Below are positions 20,109-30,505 of a DNA stretch of 64,000 nt, piece by piece. Below the pieces are notes generated by a model. That model did not search any database, was not told the origin of the DNA, and worked only from the letters and a program-made list of their open reading frames with translations. Each line of letters starts with the position of its first letter. Position 1 is the stretch's first letter. The stretch comes from Candidatus Poribacteria bacterium (lineage in GTDB: Bacteria > Poribacteria > WGA-4E > PCPOR2b). The stretch lies in contig OZ244587.1 of the NCBI GenBank assembly GCA_965218095.1, positions 1,440,001 to 1,504,000 of the forward strand. The letters are read 5' to 3'. A program made the translations under genes and the position numbers.

Positions 20109-21680
20109 ATGCCAGAACCACGCATCATGTTCTACCACGACGGACGCCACCCGCACATCTACCGCTACGAGCCGCCCATGCAGAAGGAAGAGTACCAGGC
20201 TTGCATTGACGAGTTGGTGGGCACACCGATTGAAGCTGTGATGTTCTGCCTGGGAGAAGGACGTACGGTTCTGCACGACACGAAGGTGGGCGAGTTGCTG
20301 GGCCACAATGTGGACCAGTGGGACCACCTCGTCTTCCGACGCGCCCACCAGAACGCTAGATGCCTAATCGAGGAGGGGAACGACCCCCTGCGGATCGTGT
20401 GCGAGCGGGCGCACAAAAAGGGCATTCTGCTCTACCCCACTTTGCTTGTGCAGAATTTTGGACCGGAGACCGCGTCGGTGCGCTGTTCGAATTTTCGTCT
20501 GGAGAACCCACAGATGGAAATCCGCGTCCACGGGGATCTCGACCCCGAAATGCCGTGGATCGACGGACTCGACTTCAAGCACCGGGAAGTCCAAGACGAG
20601 CGTTTTGCCCTGATCGAAGAAACGCTGAACGAGTATCCGGTTGACGGATTTGAATTGCAGATGAATAACTATCCACGTTTCTTCCACCCCGACGAGGTAG
20701 AGGCGGGAATCGGCGTGATGACCGACTGGATTGGGCGGGTGTACGAGGCGGTCAAAAAGAGCGGCGCGGAACGGGAATTGGCTATCCGCGTCCCGTGCAG
20801 CCTGGAGGATGCGTTGTCTGTCGGACTAGATCTGCAAGAGTGGATACGGCGGGAAATTGTGGACGTCCTCATCGGCGAACCGTTCTCGGGCCCGCACCGG
20901 ATAGATCCGAATACCGATTTTCGTCCGCTGGCAGCGGCGATAAAGGGCTCGGCGTGTCGCTTTCTCGCCGCCATTCACAGCCATGTAGACTCCGACCGGC
21001 TGGCTGAAGCGCCTATTTCTATGGTCCGGGCGGCCGTCTGCAATTACTGGGATCAGGATATCGATGGGCTCTATCTAGCACAGTGGTTTCCCCACTGGCC
21101 CTATCAGGCGGACTTCTATGAAAGGCTACGCGAGATACCGCATCCCGACATCATGGCGGCAAAGGACAAGTACTACTATATCCCTACCGAGAACGCCCGT
21201 TCCCTCGAGCCCTGGGCACCCACGCAACTGCCGGTCAAGATAGCAGTGGATGAGCCAGTCACGGTAGAGTTTGCCATCAGCGACAATCTGCCGCGCTGGG
21301 ACCGGGTAGGCCGGGTGCACGAAGTATTACTGAGGGTAGGAATCGCCGGCACCACGGAGTTAGATCGCATCGGCTTCAAGCTCAACGGGAAGGTTTTGCC
21401 AGAGAATATTCTGCGCAAGATTAATCAGATGTACCGGATGAGCGGACCGCGCAACCGCTCGGGGCCAACCTACTGGTTCGTCTTTCGACTTGATCGAGAG
21501 CGCTGGCCCCGGCAAGGGGAAAACGTGCTGGAAGTTTCGCTGCTTGAGCGCGATCCGGATGTGCTTCCCGGCGTGTCCCTCCGCGATGTCGAACTGGAAG
21601 TCAAATACTTGATGGGCAAGAACTTCCACCGCGGGTATGTGGATGCAGACCTGGGCCCTTGTGAGCATGCAGCGTCGTAG
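20109..21680 (+). CDS. glycoside hydrolase-like (GHL10/DUF187-type TIM barrel) protein, paralog of 17096-18712
   Basis: LDFKHREVQ, YPVDGFEL, LAIRVP, DGLYL, RQGENVLEV; AGGAGG RBS. Confidence 0.65.
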   Translation: MPEPRIMFYHDGRHPHIYRYEPPMQKEEYQACIDELVGTPIEAVMFCLGEGRTVLHDTKVGELLGHNVDQWDHLVFRRAHQNARCLIEEGNDPLRIVCERAHKKGILLYPTLLVQNFGPETASVRCSNFRLENPQMEIRVHGDLDPEMPWIDGLDFKHREVQDERFALIEETLNEYPVDGFELQMNNYPRFFHPDEVEAGIGVMTDWIGRVYEAVKKSGAERELAIRVPCSLEDALSVGLDLQEWIRREIVDVLIGEPFSGPHRIDPNTDFRPLAAAIKGSACRFLAAIHSHVDSDRLAEAPISMVRAAVCNYWDQDIDGLYLAQWFPHWPYQADFYERLREIPHPDIMAAKDKYYYIPTENARSLEPWAPTQLPVKIAVDEPVTVEFAISDNLPRWDRVGRVHEVLLRVGIAGTTELDRIGFKLNGKVLPENILRKINQMYRMSGPRNRSGPTYWFVFRLDRERWPRQGENVLEVSLLERDPDVLPGVSLRDVELEVKYLMGKNFHRGYVDADLGPCEHAAS

Positions 21681-22201
21681 GTCTTGTATCTCTTTGTGAG
21701 AATCCGGATGACTGTTTATCGAAAGTAATTGCTGTCCGATTTCACCCCTGTGAATCAACATTCATGAAGGTTCACAGTTTTCAGTAACCCGACATCTTAT
21801 GAACGTTTTTGAGATGGTTGAAACCCCCGCAGAGAGTGGGGGTATACGCAATCTTGCAACGGGTGTCATGTAGTTCTTGGCTTTTCAACCGGCCCAATAT
21901 CTTATACCGCGTCCATATCTACACGCTTTAATCTCAGTATTGGAATTGTTCACAGCTACAAACAGAAGTGGCAGCGGCAGAAGCAGTGGCAGCTATCCTT
22001 TGACTGCGACTGCCAATTGGGTTAGTAGTCGGTTGATCGAAAATTGATATTACAAATTGAAACACCCGTTAAGAGCGTGTGTGAACCTTCCGACGGAACC
22101 CGTCGGAAGGTTCATTTTGAGGTGAGTTCGTCGAGCGGTTGAGAGGACTAACTCCTTTTTTCGCGCAATCGTTATCCAATCATTTCAAGTCTCGAAACCC
22201 C

Positions 22202-23011
22202 TTAAACATCGTCAGGCGGAGAAGGTACATTATCTTGACAGTAGACTGGGCGGAAAAGGGTTTGGCGTTTGAACGGCATCTCGGCGAGATGTTTCGGATG
22301 AGGTTCCCACTTGTGCCACTTGGCGCCGACACCGTTGTAGCAATTGAAGATGGCGACCCGATCAAGCGCATCGTCCTCCCACCGTGCGCCGGTGTGGGTG
22401 ATCGCTTCCGTGAAAAACAGCACCGAGCCCGCTGGGCAGGAATAATCTTCCCAGAGCAGACAATCCCGATTTTGCGTCGACTTTGGCGGTGGGAAAGCGC
22501 CTTTGTGGCTGCCGGTCAGAAATAGCGTTCCACCGCCGCCTTTTTTGACTGGATTCAGTTCCCACACAACCCGCGTCAATCCACTGTGAGCCTTATCGTA
22601 ACGCAGATGATAGGTGTGTGAATTGCCGGGAAAATTCAACATTCCACGTCCACCGTGGGGGTTGAAATTGTCATGCCCTTTTGATCTGATCGTCAGGAAA
22701 GTGCCCTCAAAGCGGAAACCGTAGCAGTCCTCGCTCGCGTAACCAGACGCAACAAACTCGTTCATGAAGCCGAGGACAATCGGGTGATCGGTCAACTTTT
22801 CGAGTGGACCACCGATTGATGATCGCTGATGCTCCGGGATCGAATCTTGATCTTGTTGCAAGCGGTAACAAAAGTCACGCATCTCGCTGATCTCGTCATC
22901 AGTCAACACGCCGGGGATCGCGATCCAACCTCGCGTATCGAAAATGAACTTCTGATCCTCGGTAAATTCGATTGACAGTTTGTTATCGGCATTAGTTTTG
23001 GGTAAAGCCAT
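22202..23011 (-). CDS. phytanoyl-CoA dioxygenase (PhyH) family protein
   Basis: FDTRGWIAIPGVL, GGTLFLTGSHK, AGSVLFFTEAITH; GGAGG RBS before ATG 23011. Confidence 0.85.
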   Translation of the reverse strand: MALPKTNADNKLSIEFTEDQKFIFDTRGWIAIPGVLTDDEISEMRDFCYRLQQDQDSIPEHQRSSIGGPLEKLTDHPIVLGFMNEFVASGYASEDCYGFRFEGTFLTIRSKGHDNFNPHGGRGMLNFPGNSHTYHLRYDKAHSGLTRVVWELNPVKKGGGGTLFLTGSHKGAFPPPKSTQNRDCLLWEDYSCPAGSVLFFTEAITHTGARWEDDALDRVAIFNCYNGVGAKWHKWEPHPKHLAEMPFKRQTLFRPVYCQDNVPSPPDDV

Positions 23012-23293
23012 AAAAATACCTCCTTCATTCCGAGTTTCGTAATTCACCGCAATCCCAAATTTGTGATGGCCTAGAGCATGGTGGCGTAAGTTCTTGACCC
23101 CCTCTAACTCTCCCTGGAAGGGGGAGAACCGATTTCTCATCCCTTCGTAGGGGAGGCTGGGAGGGATCACTTCTCGTGTACTAGCTGCATGTGCGCCTTT
23201 AACCCTGCCCATCCGTCCACTTCCGGCGAGCGGCGGTCACGAACCGCATACAAAAAGTCGCAACACTCCATCTCTAGCGCTTGGTCATCTCTT

Positions 23294-24109
23294 TCAGGCA
23301 TGTGGCCAGAACTGATTCCACGCGGTCATCCAATTCTTTGCCTTGCTTTCAACAGTCAGTGGGCCCGTAATCTCGACACCGGGGCGTCCCTTAAACTCGG
23401 CGAGCTTATCGACGCTTACCACTTCAATCTTGATCGTCGTTGGCCAGTCCGGCACATAAGGCCCAGTTACGGTAAGATCCTTCAGGGCGTTCTGGGCAGC
23501 GTTTTCAATCATCTGCCGAGCGCGAACCGGCGCAATTTGCCGGGCGCTGAATCGGCTGAGGCCTTTCTTCACCGCCACAGTGGGAAGGTCCTCGCCGAGG
23601 AGTTCCTTCGCCTCCCGACAAACCGCCTCATCGCCCGTCACCAACACCACGGGGACACCGTAGTGGCCATTAAGCGCGGCATTGACGCCGGTCTCACCGA
23701 CCAGATCGTCGTTGAACCAGAGGTTCCTGTATTGAACGCCCGAGATGGTATGACACAGAACCCCATCCGGCGTGCCGCTGCGGGCATGCATCCCAATGAG
23801 CAAACAAGCGTCGCATCCGTTCTCCCACATCTCAGTATAGCGACCCCATTCATGATGGGCGACCCATTCGCAATCGGGGTCGAGCATATCGGGAATCAAT
23901 GAGTTAAACGTCCATCCCTTCCCGGCGCCATGGCAATCAACCACAACGATCTGCGTGGCGCCTGCGGCCTTCGCGCCTCGAACAGCGGCGTTGATCTCCT
24001 CAGTATAGAGTTTGCGTCCTTCTTCAAACATGTCCGCCCCGCCGCCGACCTGCTCCCACACAACGATACCACTCACACCTTCCATGTCGCACATGATAAG
24101 CACTCGCAT
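23294..24109 (-). CDS. dppA: M55 family D-aminopeptidase (DppA-like)
   Basis: CDMEGVSG, VDCHG, GMHARSG, HT, GETGVNA, VTGD. Confidence 0.9.
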   Translation of the reverse strand: MRVLIMCDMEGVSGIVVWEQVGGGADMFEEGRKLYTEEINAAVRGAKAAGATQIVVVDCHGAGKGWTFNSLIPDMLDPDCEWVAHHEWGRYTEMWENGCDACLLIGMHARSGTPDGVLCHTISGVQYRNLWFNDDLVGETGVNAALNGHYGVPVVLVTGDEAVCREAKELLGEDLPTVAVKKGLSRFSARQIAPVRARQMIENAAQNALKDLTVTGPYVPDWPTTIKIEVVSVDKLAEFKGRPGVEITGPLTVESKAKNWMTAWNQFWPHA

Positions 24110-24332
24110 TGTTACCCTCCTTCAACAAATAGTGATGCATGTTGTGTAATGCATAGCATGTAATGCGTGATGCATATCGCATAAAATTTCCCACGTTTCA
24201 CGATTATATCTTAGCATAAATGTATCTGTTTTTCACCAGAAATGTGCGGTGACAGCTTGATGCTGCGAATTTTTGGACCTGATGGGGCTTTACGGAAGCG
24301 ATATATCAAGTTTCTACGCTTTACGTTTCACT

Positions 24333-24361
24333 TTGCCATAAAGCTCAATGTTTGGTATACT
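24333..24361 (+). promoter_or_regulatory. sigma70-like promoter for the TPR-ltaE genes
   Basis: TTGCCA-17 bp-TATACT with extended -10 TG. Confidence 0.5.
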
Positions 24362-24516
24362 ATAATCTGTTGCTGGTGGTTTGCTAATTAAGCATCTCGT
24401 TTGAGCGTATGTTTCCGCAAATGTGCTCACGCCGGAACCAAAGAATTTCTCTAGACCTTCAAGCATCGAAACATGGGTAAATCAACAAATCGCTCACGGT
24501 TCTTGGTTCATCGACC

Positions 24517-25095
24517 ATGAGCGAATCAACTATATCCGAAGGAGGTTTGTTTGAAATGGCTGATATTACGGATGATGAAGTAACAATGGACGAATCGGAA
24601 GAAACAATAGAAGAAACAATAGAGGAAACAATAGAGGAAATGGACGAATCGGAAGAAACGACAGAAGAAGCGGAGAGTTCTTCCTTAGAAGCCCTTGGCG
24701 ATGATTTACTGTTCCTACGTGGCGACAACATGAGTTTTTATCTGGCTTCCAAAGCATACTATGAAGATCAAAACTACGAGGAAGCAATCGAGAAATATCA
24801 AGCCGCCATCGAATATGAAAAATCACAGTCCCAGGATTCCCTGAAGCTGGCAGACTCGTCGGAGGATTCAGAAGAGAAAACACAGGAAAAAGAACCAAAC
24901 GACGTGATCGCCAAATCCATGTACTGGCTAGGGGAGTCTTATGTAAAAACAAACCAAACTAACCCGGCACTTAAGACGTTTGAGCAGTTAGCAAGTAACT
25001 TGAGTGAACACTATCTTGGGATAGCGGCTCAACGACGAGTCGCCACACTCAACGCAGATAATCCGACTTTTCGTGAAGGAAGTGAGTCTGTGTGA
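24517..25095 (+). CDS. tetratricopeptide repeat protein with acidic repetitive N-terminus
   Basis: YYEDQNYEEAIEKYQ and SMYWLGESY TPR helices; EETI repeats. Confidence 0.75.
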   Translation: MSESTISEGGLFEMADITDDEVTMDESEETIEETIEETIEEMDESEETTEEAESSSLEALGDDLLFLRGDNMSFYLASKAYYEDQNYEEAIEKYQAAIEYEKSQSQDSLKLADSSEDSEEKTQEKEPNDVIAKSMYWLGESYVKTNQTNPALKTFEQLASNLSEHYLGIAAQRRVATLNADNPTFREGSESV

Positions 25096-26150
25096 TGGAC
25101 AGGATAATTGACCTGCGAAGTGATACGGTTACCAAACCCACCCGAAAGATGCGCGAAGCCATGCTGAATTCAGAGGTCGGCGATGATTGCTATGGAGAAG
25201 ATCCGACCGTTCAGCGTCTCGAAGCACTGGTGGCTGAGAAGGTCGGCAAAGAAGCTGCGATGTATGTCCCTACCGGCACAATGGGAAATACCGCCGCCAT
25301 TCTCGCGCACACTCATGCCGGTGATTATGCCATTGTGGATGCAGAATGCCATATCTACTACTACGAACATGGCAGTTTGTCGTCGTTGGCAGGGGTCATG
25401 CCGATTGTGCTCGACAGCGTGGATGGCGTTCCTGAACCTGATGAAGTTGAACCCTATCTGCAGCGCGATCCTGCCAAATTTCCTAAAACGAGGCTGATCT
25501 GTTTGGAAAACACGCATAACCGTCGCGGCGGTCGAGCTGTCACATTGGATCGGATGGGGGCGATGCATCAATTGGCGCAAAGATATGATGTCCCGGTTCA
25601 CTTAGATGGCGCCCGGATTTTCAATGCTGCACACGCACTGGGCGTCGAAGCCCGGGAGATTGCAAGCCACGTCGATTCAGTGATGTTCTGCCTATCAAAA
25701 GGGTTGTGCGCTCCGGTTGGATCCATGCTCGCTGGAGAGGCGGATTTTATCCAGAAGGCGCGACATGCTCGGAAACGGCTCGGCGGTGGCATGCGACAGT
25801 CGGGCGTGCTTGCCGCCGCCGGTATTGTTGCGCTAACGGAGATGACCAATCGACTCGGCGAAGATCACGCCAACGCAAAACTCTTGGCGAAAGCGTTATC
25901 CCAATTTGACGAACTGGATTTGGGCCCAGCGGACGTTCATACCAACATGGTTTTTGTCAAAACAAAACCACTGGGCATCTCCGCCGCGGATTTTGCTGAT
26001 CGCGTCCTCCAACACGGACTTAAAGTCTCTGTTTATGGACCAACGACCGTCCGAATGGTGGCAAACCACGATGTGAGTCGTGAGGACGTGCTGTACGCCG
26101 CGGAGGTGTTGGTGGATTTGGTCAAATCCCTTCTGCTTCGGAGACCTTGA
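25095..26150 (+). CDS. ltaE: low-specificity L-threonine aldolase
   Basis: DLRSDTVT, TGTMGN, ENTHN, HLDGARIFNA, CLSKGL, GGGMRQ. Confidence 0.95.
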   Translation: MDRIIDLRSDTVTKPTRKMREAMLNSEVGDDCYGEDPTVQRLEALVAEKVGKEAAMYVPTGTMGNTAAILAHTHAGDYAIVDAECHIYYYEHGSLSSLAGVMPIVLDSVDGVPEPDEVEPYLQRDPAKFPKTRLICLENTHNRRGGRAVTLDRMGAMHQLAQRYDVPVHLDGARIFNAAHALGVEAREIASHVDSVMFCLSKGLCAPVGSMLAGEADFIQKARHARKRLGGGMRQSGVLAAAGIVALTEMTNRLGEDHANAKLLAKALSQFDELDLGPADVHTNMVFVKTKPLGISAADFADRVLQHGLKVSVYGPTTVRMVANHDVSREDVLYAAEVLVDLVKSLLLRRP

Positions 26151-26516
26151 AAAGGTTCAAAACCTTTTCAAGGTTTGATGACGCTCAGATTGAAAAGGAA
26201 AATGGCAGCACAAATCATTGAAGAAAATGATGGTATGAAAAAGAAATAACGAATACAATAGTACTTACCTTTCGCATTATTTCCTTTTACGTTTTCACCC
26301 TCCCCCCCGGCCCCTCTCCCGTCAAGTTGCTTTGAATCCCGATCCCATCGGGGCAGGAACTTGGGAACGAGGGCAAACCTGCGAAATCAAATGAGATGAC
26401 CTACCGCCGCCTCTCAACTATGCACCCAAAGGGAACTAACAGTGGCGCCTCTGCCGGATGTGCTGGCGCCGACATGGGGGAGATTCAACAACCCACGGAT
26501 TGACTCCATAAGTCGT

Positions 26517-28463
26517 ATGAGCAGCGCATTTCAATCCCCTCAGAATCCATTCACCCTTCGTGCAATCACCATCGGTGTGATTGGGTCGTTGATCATCAGC
26601 ATCGGAACCACCTATAACCTGATGGTGATTCACGGCTCCTACATGGCAATCGACTTCAGCGCGGCGGCGGCAATTTTCCTGTTCTTTGTCCTGACGTTTA
26701 TCGTCAATCCGACGCTTAATCGTGTGAAAGCTACGTCGGCGCTCAGAACCGGAGAACTCAAAACGATCTACGTCATGCTGCTGGTTGCCTGTGCGATTCC
26801 AACGATGGGGCTCAGCGCCCAACTCCTCCCAATCGTAACGGCGCCGTTCTACTTTGCCACGCCGGAAAATAGTTGGGCGGAAATGATCCAACCGCACATC
26901 AAGCCGTGGCTCATTCCACATGGCGAGTCAGGGATCAAATACTTCTACGAAGGGCTACCGCGTTGGGAAAGTCGCATTCCCTGGGGGCTCTGGATCAGGC
27001 CGCTGCTGATCTGGGGCAGTTTCCTGACCGTGCTCTACTTCGTGATGATCTGTATGATGGTCATCTTGCGGCGGCAGTGGCTGGAGCGAGAAAGGCTTGT
27101 CTACCCACTTGCGCAGCTCCCGCTGGAGATGGCATATCGAGAAAATGGGTTGCTGCTCAACCCCTTCTTCAGAAGCCGTCTGATGTGGCTGGGGTTCGGC
27201 ATTGCTTTTGGCGTGAGCAGCCTGAAAGGGCTTCACTTTTACAATCCCCTTATCCCGTCCTTCAACATGGTACAGAGCCATCTCATCTTCCGAGATACAA
27301 CCCATCTCATCTTCCGCCTGAGTTTCCCAATGCTCGGCTTCTTCTATCTCGTGAATCTTGATGTCGCATTTAGTATGTGGTTTTTCAGTTGGTTGAGCTT
27401 GATGGTACGCGGATTTATGGTCTATTTCGGTTATCGGATGACCGAAAATCTGGGCATTTATGGCTCGCCTTCGCCGCTCTTTGCGCATCTGGGAATGGGA
27501 GCAATCACCGTACTGGTCGTGGCTGGATTTTGGACGGGACAGGAACATATCAAAGCGGTGCTTCGCAAAGTATTTCTCAACGATTCGTCCATTGACGATT
27601 CCGATGAAATGCTTTCTTACCGCGCCGCCGCCTGGGGCATGATCTGTGGGCTAATTTACATGGGATTGTGGTTGAACGCAACCGGAATTCCGCCGGTGAT
27701 GGTTGTTGTTTTCCTGCTTGCCACATTTGTGATTTTCATTGGGCTGACGCGGATGGTCGCCGAAAGCGGTATGGCAGAAGCGGTGGCTTCAACAATCGGA
27801 TCTTCTTTTGTGGTTTCAAGTTTTGGTGTGAATCGGCTGGGAGCAGAAGGCTTGACGGGGTTGGGGCTGACTTACGTCTGGTCGGCGGACGTCCGCACAT
27901 TCGTGATGGCATCCGCAGCAAACGGGCTGAAAGTCATCAACGATGAGGGGGGACACAAACGCCCGTTGTTCTGGGCGATGATGTTAGCCGTGCTCGTCTG
28001 CATGATTTCATCGATCTGGATGCTGCTTCGGCTATCTTACGTTCATGGTGGGCTGAATGGGAATCGCTGGTTTTATGGCGGCGGTGCGAGAGCGCCTTAT
28101 AACTATATTATCACACTACTGATGCAGCCGACGGACGTGAATTGGCTCGGCTGGTGGATCAAAGGGATCGGCGCAGGGATTATGGGTTTGCTCATGTTTT
28201 TGCGATCCCGTCTGTTATGGTGGCCGATGCACCCAATCGGATTTGCCATTGGACCGATTTGGATGATGGATCAGATCTGGTTCACTGTTTTTCTGGCGTG
28301 GCTTCTCAAGCTTTGTATTCTCAAGTATGGCGGCTTTAAACACTACCGTCAGGCACGTCCAATGTTTCTTGGATTGATCTTGGGGCAGTTCACTTGCAAC
28401 GGTTTTTGGATTTTCGTAGACTTACTAACAGGGCAGAAAGGCAATCAGATCTTTTGGATCTAG
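26517..28463 (+). CDS. multi-pass membrane protein, DUF6785/DUF6784-like (putative transporter)
   Basis: Many TM helices; LRRQWLERERLVYPL, RMVAESG, WWPMHPIGF, KYGG...FLGLILG. Confidence 0.75.
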   Translation: MSSAFQSPQNPFTLRAITIGVIGSLIISIGTTYNLMVIHGSYMAIDFSAAAAIFLFFVLTFIVNPTLNRVKATSALRTGELKTIYVMLLVACAIPTMGLSAQLLPIVTAPFYFATPENSWAEMIQPHIKPWLIPHGESGIKYFYEGLPRWESRIPWGLWIRPLLIWGSFLTVLYFVMICMMVILRRQWLERERLVYPLAQLPLEMAYRENGLLLNPFFRSRLMWLGFGIAFGVSSLKGLHFYNPLIPSFNMVQSHLIFRDTTHLIFRLSFPMLGFFYLVNLDVAFSMWFFSWLSLMVRGFMVYFGYRMTENLGIYGSPSPLFAHLGMGAITVLVVAGFWTGQEHIKAVLRKVFLNDSSIDDSDEMLSYRAAAWGMICGLIYMGLWLNATGIPPVMVVVFLLATFVIFIGLTRMVAESGMAEAVASTIGSSFVVSSFGVNRLGAEGLTGLGLTYVWSADVRTFVMASAANGLKVINDEGGHKRPLFWAMMLAVLVCMISSIWMLLRLSYVHGGLNGNRWFYGGGARAPYNYIITLLMQPTDVNWLGWWIKGIGAGIMGLLMFLRSRLLWWPMHPIGFAIGPIWMMDQIWFTVFLAWLLKLCILKYGGFKHYRQARPMFLGLILGQFTCNGFWIFVDLLTGQKGNQIFWI

Positions 28464-28473
28464 GTATTGAATG

Positions 28474-29268
28474 TCAAATGCCTTCATTTCCCATTTCCTC
28501 ACGCTTCCGATTCAGAAACGCCTCCAGCCCCTGTTGAACCTCCGGTGTCGTGAAACAGGTCGATAACGCCAACGCTTCGTAGGAGATCTCGAATCCGTTC
28601 TCCGGCACCGGATTTCGGGTCAGCGCGGCTTTGGCGGCTCTCACAGCGACAGAGCTTTTCTTCGCCAGCGACTCGGCAATCTTCCTCACTTCATCTATCA
28701 AGGCTTCCTTCGGGACAACGCGATTCACCAATCCCACGTTGAGGGCAGTTCGCGCATCAATCCGTTCACCCAGAAAAACCATCTCCTTCGCCTTTGCTTC
28801 GCCGATGAGGTGCAGCAGGCGATGCGTGCCGCCCCACCCGGGAAACCAGCCGTGCGTAATCTCTGGGACGCCGAAGCTCGACCCCTCCGACGTGATCCGC
28901 AAATCACACGCCAGTGCAAACTCAAGTCCGCCGCCAACTGCGTAACCATTGATCGCGGCAATCACGGGGACCGGCAGACTCGCCAGCCGACTGAGGACAC
29001 GATTTCCATCGATAACCCAGGTGCGGATATCTGCGGGGCCAAAGGTCGCAATTTGGTTGAGATCAGCCCCCACGCAGAAGGCGCGGTCTCCACTTCCTGT
29101 GAGGACAACCACACGCCCCGACGCATCACGGTGAAGGCGAGCGACTTCTGCGTCGAGTGCATCCAGCATTTCGCGGTCGACAGCGTTGAGTTTTTCTGGA
29201 CGGTTTAATTGGATTGTGGCTATTCCATCCGTTTGATGCACAAAGATCTTGGCACCTGTTTCGGTCAT
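28474..29268 (-). CDS. enoyl-CoA hydratase/isomerase family protein
   Basis: LNRPEKLNA, AFCVGADL, AINGYAVGGGLEFALACD, PE, GGTHRL. Confidence 0.92.
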   Translation of the reverse strand: MTETGAKIFVHQTDGIATIQLNRPEKLNAVDREMLDALDAEVARLHRDASGRVVVLTGSGDRAFCVGADLNQIATFGPADIRTWVIDGNRVLSRLASLPVPVIAAINGYAVGGGLEFALACDLRITSEGSSFGVPEITHGWFPGWGGTHRLLHLIGEAKAKEMVFLGERIDARTALNVGLVNRVVPKEALIDEVRKIAESLAKKSSVAVRAAKAALTRNPVPENGFEISYEALALSTCFTTPEVQQGLEAFLNRKREEMGNEGI

Positions 29269-30393
29269 CTATTCAGTCCTCGCTTGCTTTTGTACCTGTT
29301 GTGCGGCTTCCAACAGCGCGGTTGCCAGAAACTGTGGATTGACCTCGTCTTTTCCACGAAACGTCCGGACCCGCTCGCCACCGATCTTCAGCACTGCCAA
29401 CTCCTTGCCGCCTAAATGGATGCCGACCTCTGCATTACGGGTTTCGCCCGGACCATTCACCTCGCAGCCCATGACGGCAACGGGAATCTTGATGCCATGC
29501 TTTTCCAACAATTCTTCAGCGGCGGCAACGATGCCTTCGTAATCGGCCGCAGGATCTCCTCGTCCACAAAACGGACAGGAGACGACATCCAGGATATTAT
29601 CCGCCAAGCTCAACGTCCGAAGCAACTCCTTCGCTGTCAAGACCTCCTCGACCGGATTGCCGGTGATCGAGATTCGGATTGTGTCACCAATGCCTTCCAT
29701 CAACAGTGTGCCGATGCCGATTGTGGATTTGACATGCGCCCGGCGGGGCGTCCCTGCCTCCGTCACGCCGAGGTGGAGCGGATAGCGCACTTTTGCGGAG
29801 AGCAGTCGATTCGCCTTGATCATCCGCAGTGGATCACTGGATTTGACCGAGATTGCAATGTCTGTAAACTCGTGGTCCTCGCAGATTTTGACGTGGCGCA
29901 TCGCACTTTCAACGAGGGCTTCCGCTGTCGGCGAAGGGTATTTTTCTAACAGATCTTTCTCCAAAGACCCTTCGTTGACGCCGATACGAATTGGGATGTT
30001 CGCGGCTTTCGCTGCGGAGAGGACTTCGGTGATTCGCTTTTCATGGCCGATGTTGCCGGGATTGATTCGCACTTTCGCAACGCAGGCGTCAACAGCGGCA
30101 AGGGCATACCGATAGTTAAAGTGAATGTCCGCGACAATCGGCACAGATGCACGTTTGACAAGTTCCGACAATGCACTCGCGTCCTTTTCTTCCGGCACGG
30201 CGACGCGCACAATTTGGGCGCCGGCTTCTACACACTTTTCGGTTTGGCGCAGTGTGGCGTCAACATCATGGGTCAGGGTGGTCGTCATTGTTTGGATCGA
30301 GATCGGGTTTCCATCGCCGATTGGTACGTTTCCGACGTTGATTTGTCGCGTGGGTTTTCGATTGCTGATTTGTAGTAAATTTTCCATGTTCAT
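29269..30393 (-). CDS. ispG: 4-hydroxy-3-methylbut-2-en-1-yl diphosphate synthase
   Basis: VADIHF, RINPGNIG, RIGVN, LHLGVTEAG, GIGDTIRIS, SCPFCGR, MGCEVNGPGE. Confidence 0.96.
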   Translation of the reverse strand: MNMENLLQISNRKPTRQINVGNVPIGDGNPISIQTMTTTLTHDVDATLRQTEKCVEAGAQIVRVAVPEEKDASALSELVKRASVPIVADIHFNYRYALAAVDACVAKVRINPGNIGHEKRITEVLSAAKAANIPIRIGVNEGSLEKDLLEKYPSPTAEALVESAMRHVKICEDHEFTDIAISVKSSDPLRMIKANRLLSAKVRYPLHLGVTEAGTPRRAHVKSTIGIGTLLMEGIGDTIRISITGNPVEEVLTAKELLRTLSLADNILDVVSCPFCGRGDPAADYEGIVAAAEELLEKHGIKIPVAVMGCEVNGPGETRNAEVGIHLGGKELAVLKIGGERVRTFRGKDEVNPQFLATALLEAAQQVQKQARTE

Positions 30394-30448
30394 AAAAGAC
30401 TTCCCCCCTTTCTATTGCCTGTCGTGCTAAGTCTCAAAGAGACAAGAA

Positions 30449-30496
30449 GGGCAGGCACAAGACCTGCTCCTACAAGCCCCGTCCTTTAGGGCGGGG
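30449..30496. repeat. GTAG-type REP hairpin plus an IS200/IS605-end-like hairpin between hisC and ispG
   Basis: GGGCAGGCACAAGACCTGCTCCTACA followed by GCCCCGTCCTTTAGGGCGGGG. Confidence 0.5.
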
Positions 30497-30505
30497 TCGT
30501 TAATT

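Noticed and set aside
21921-22112. Possible MITE bounded by ACACGCT(C)TTAA-like ends plus a terminal hairpin
   Set aside because: Ends short and imperfect, with no second copy in the window to support it
22202-23212. Longer N-terminus for the PhyH gene
   Set aside because: Extension crosses a REP-like hairpin; a strong RBS precedes ATG 23011
24586-24660. Possible CRISPR-like repeats
   Set aside because: Coding tandem repeats without unique spacers; no cas genes in the window
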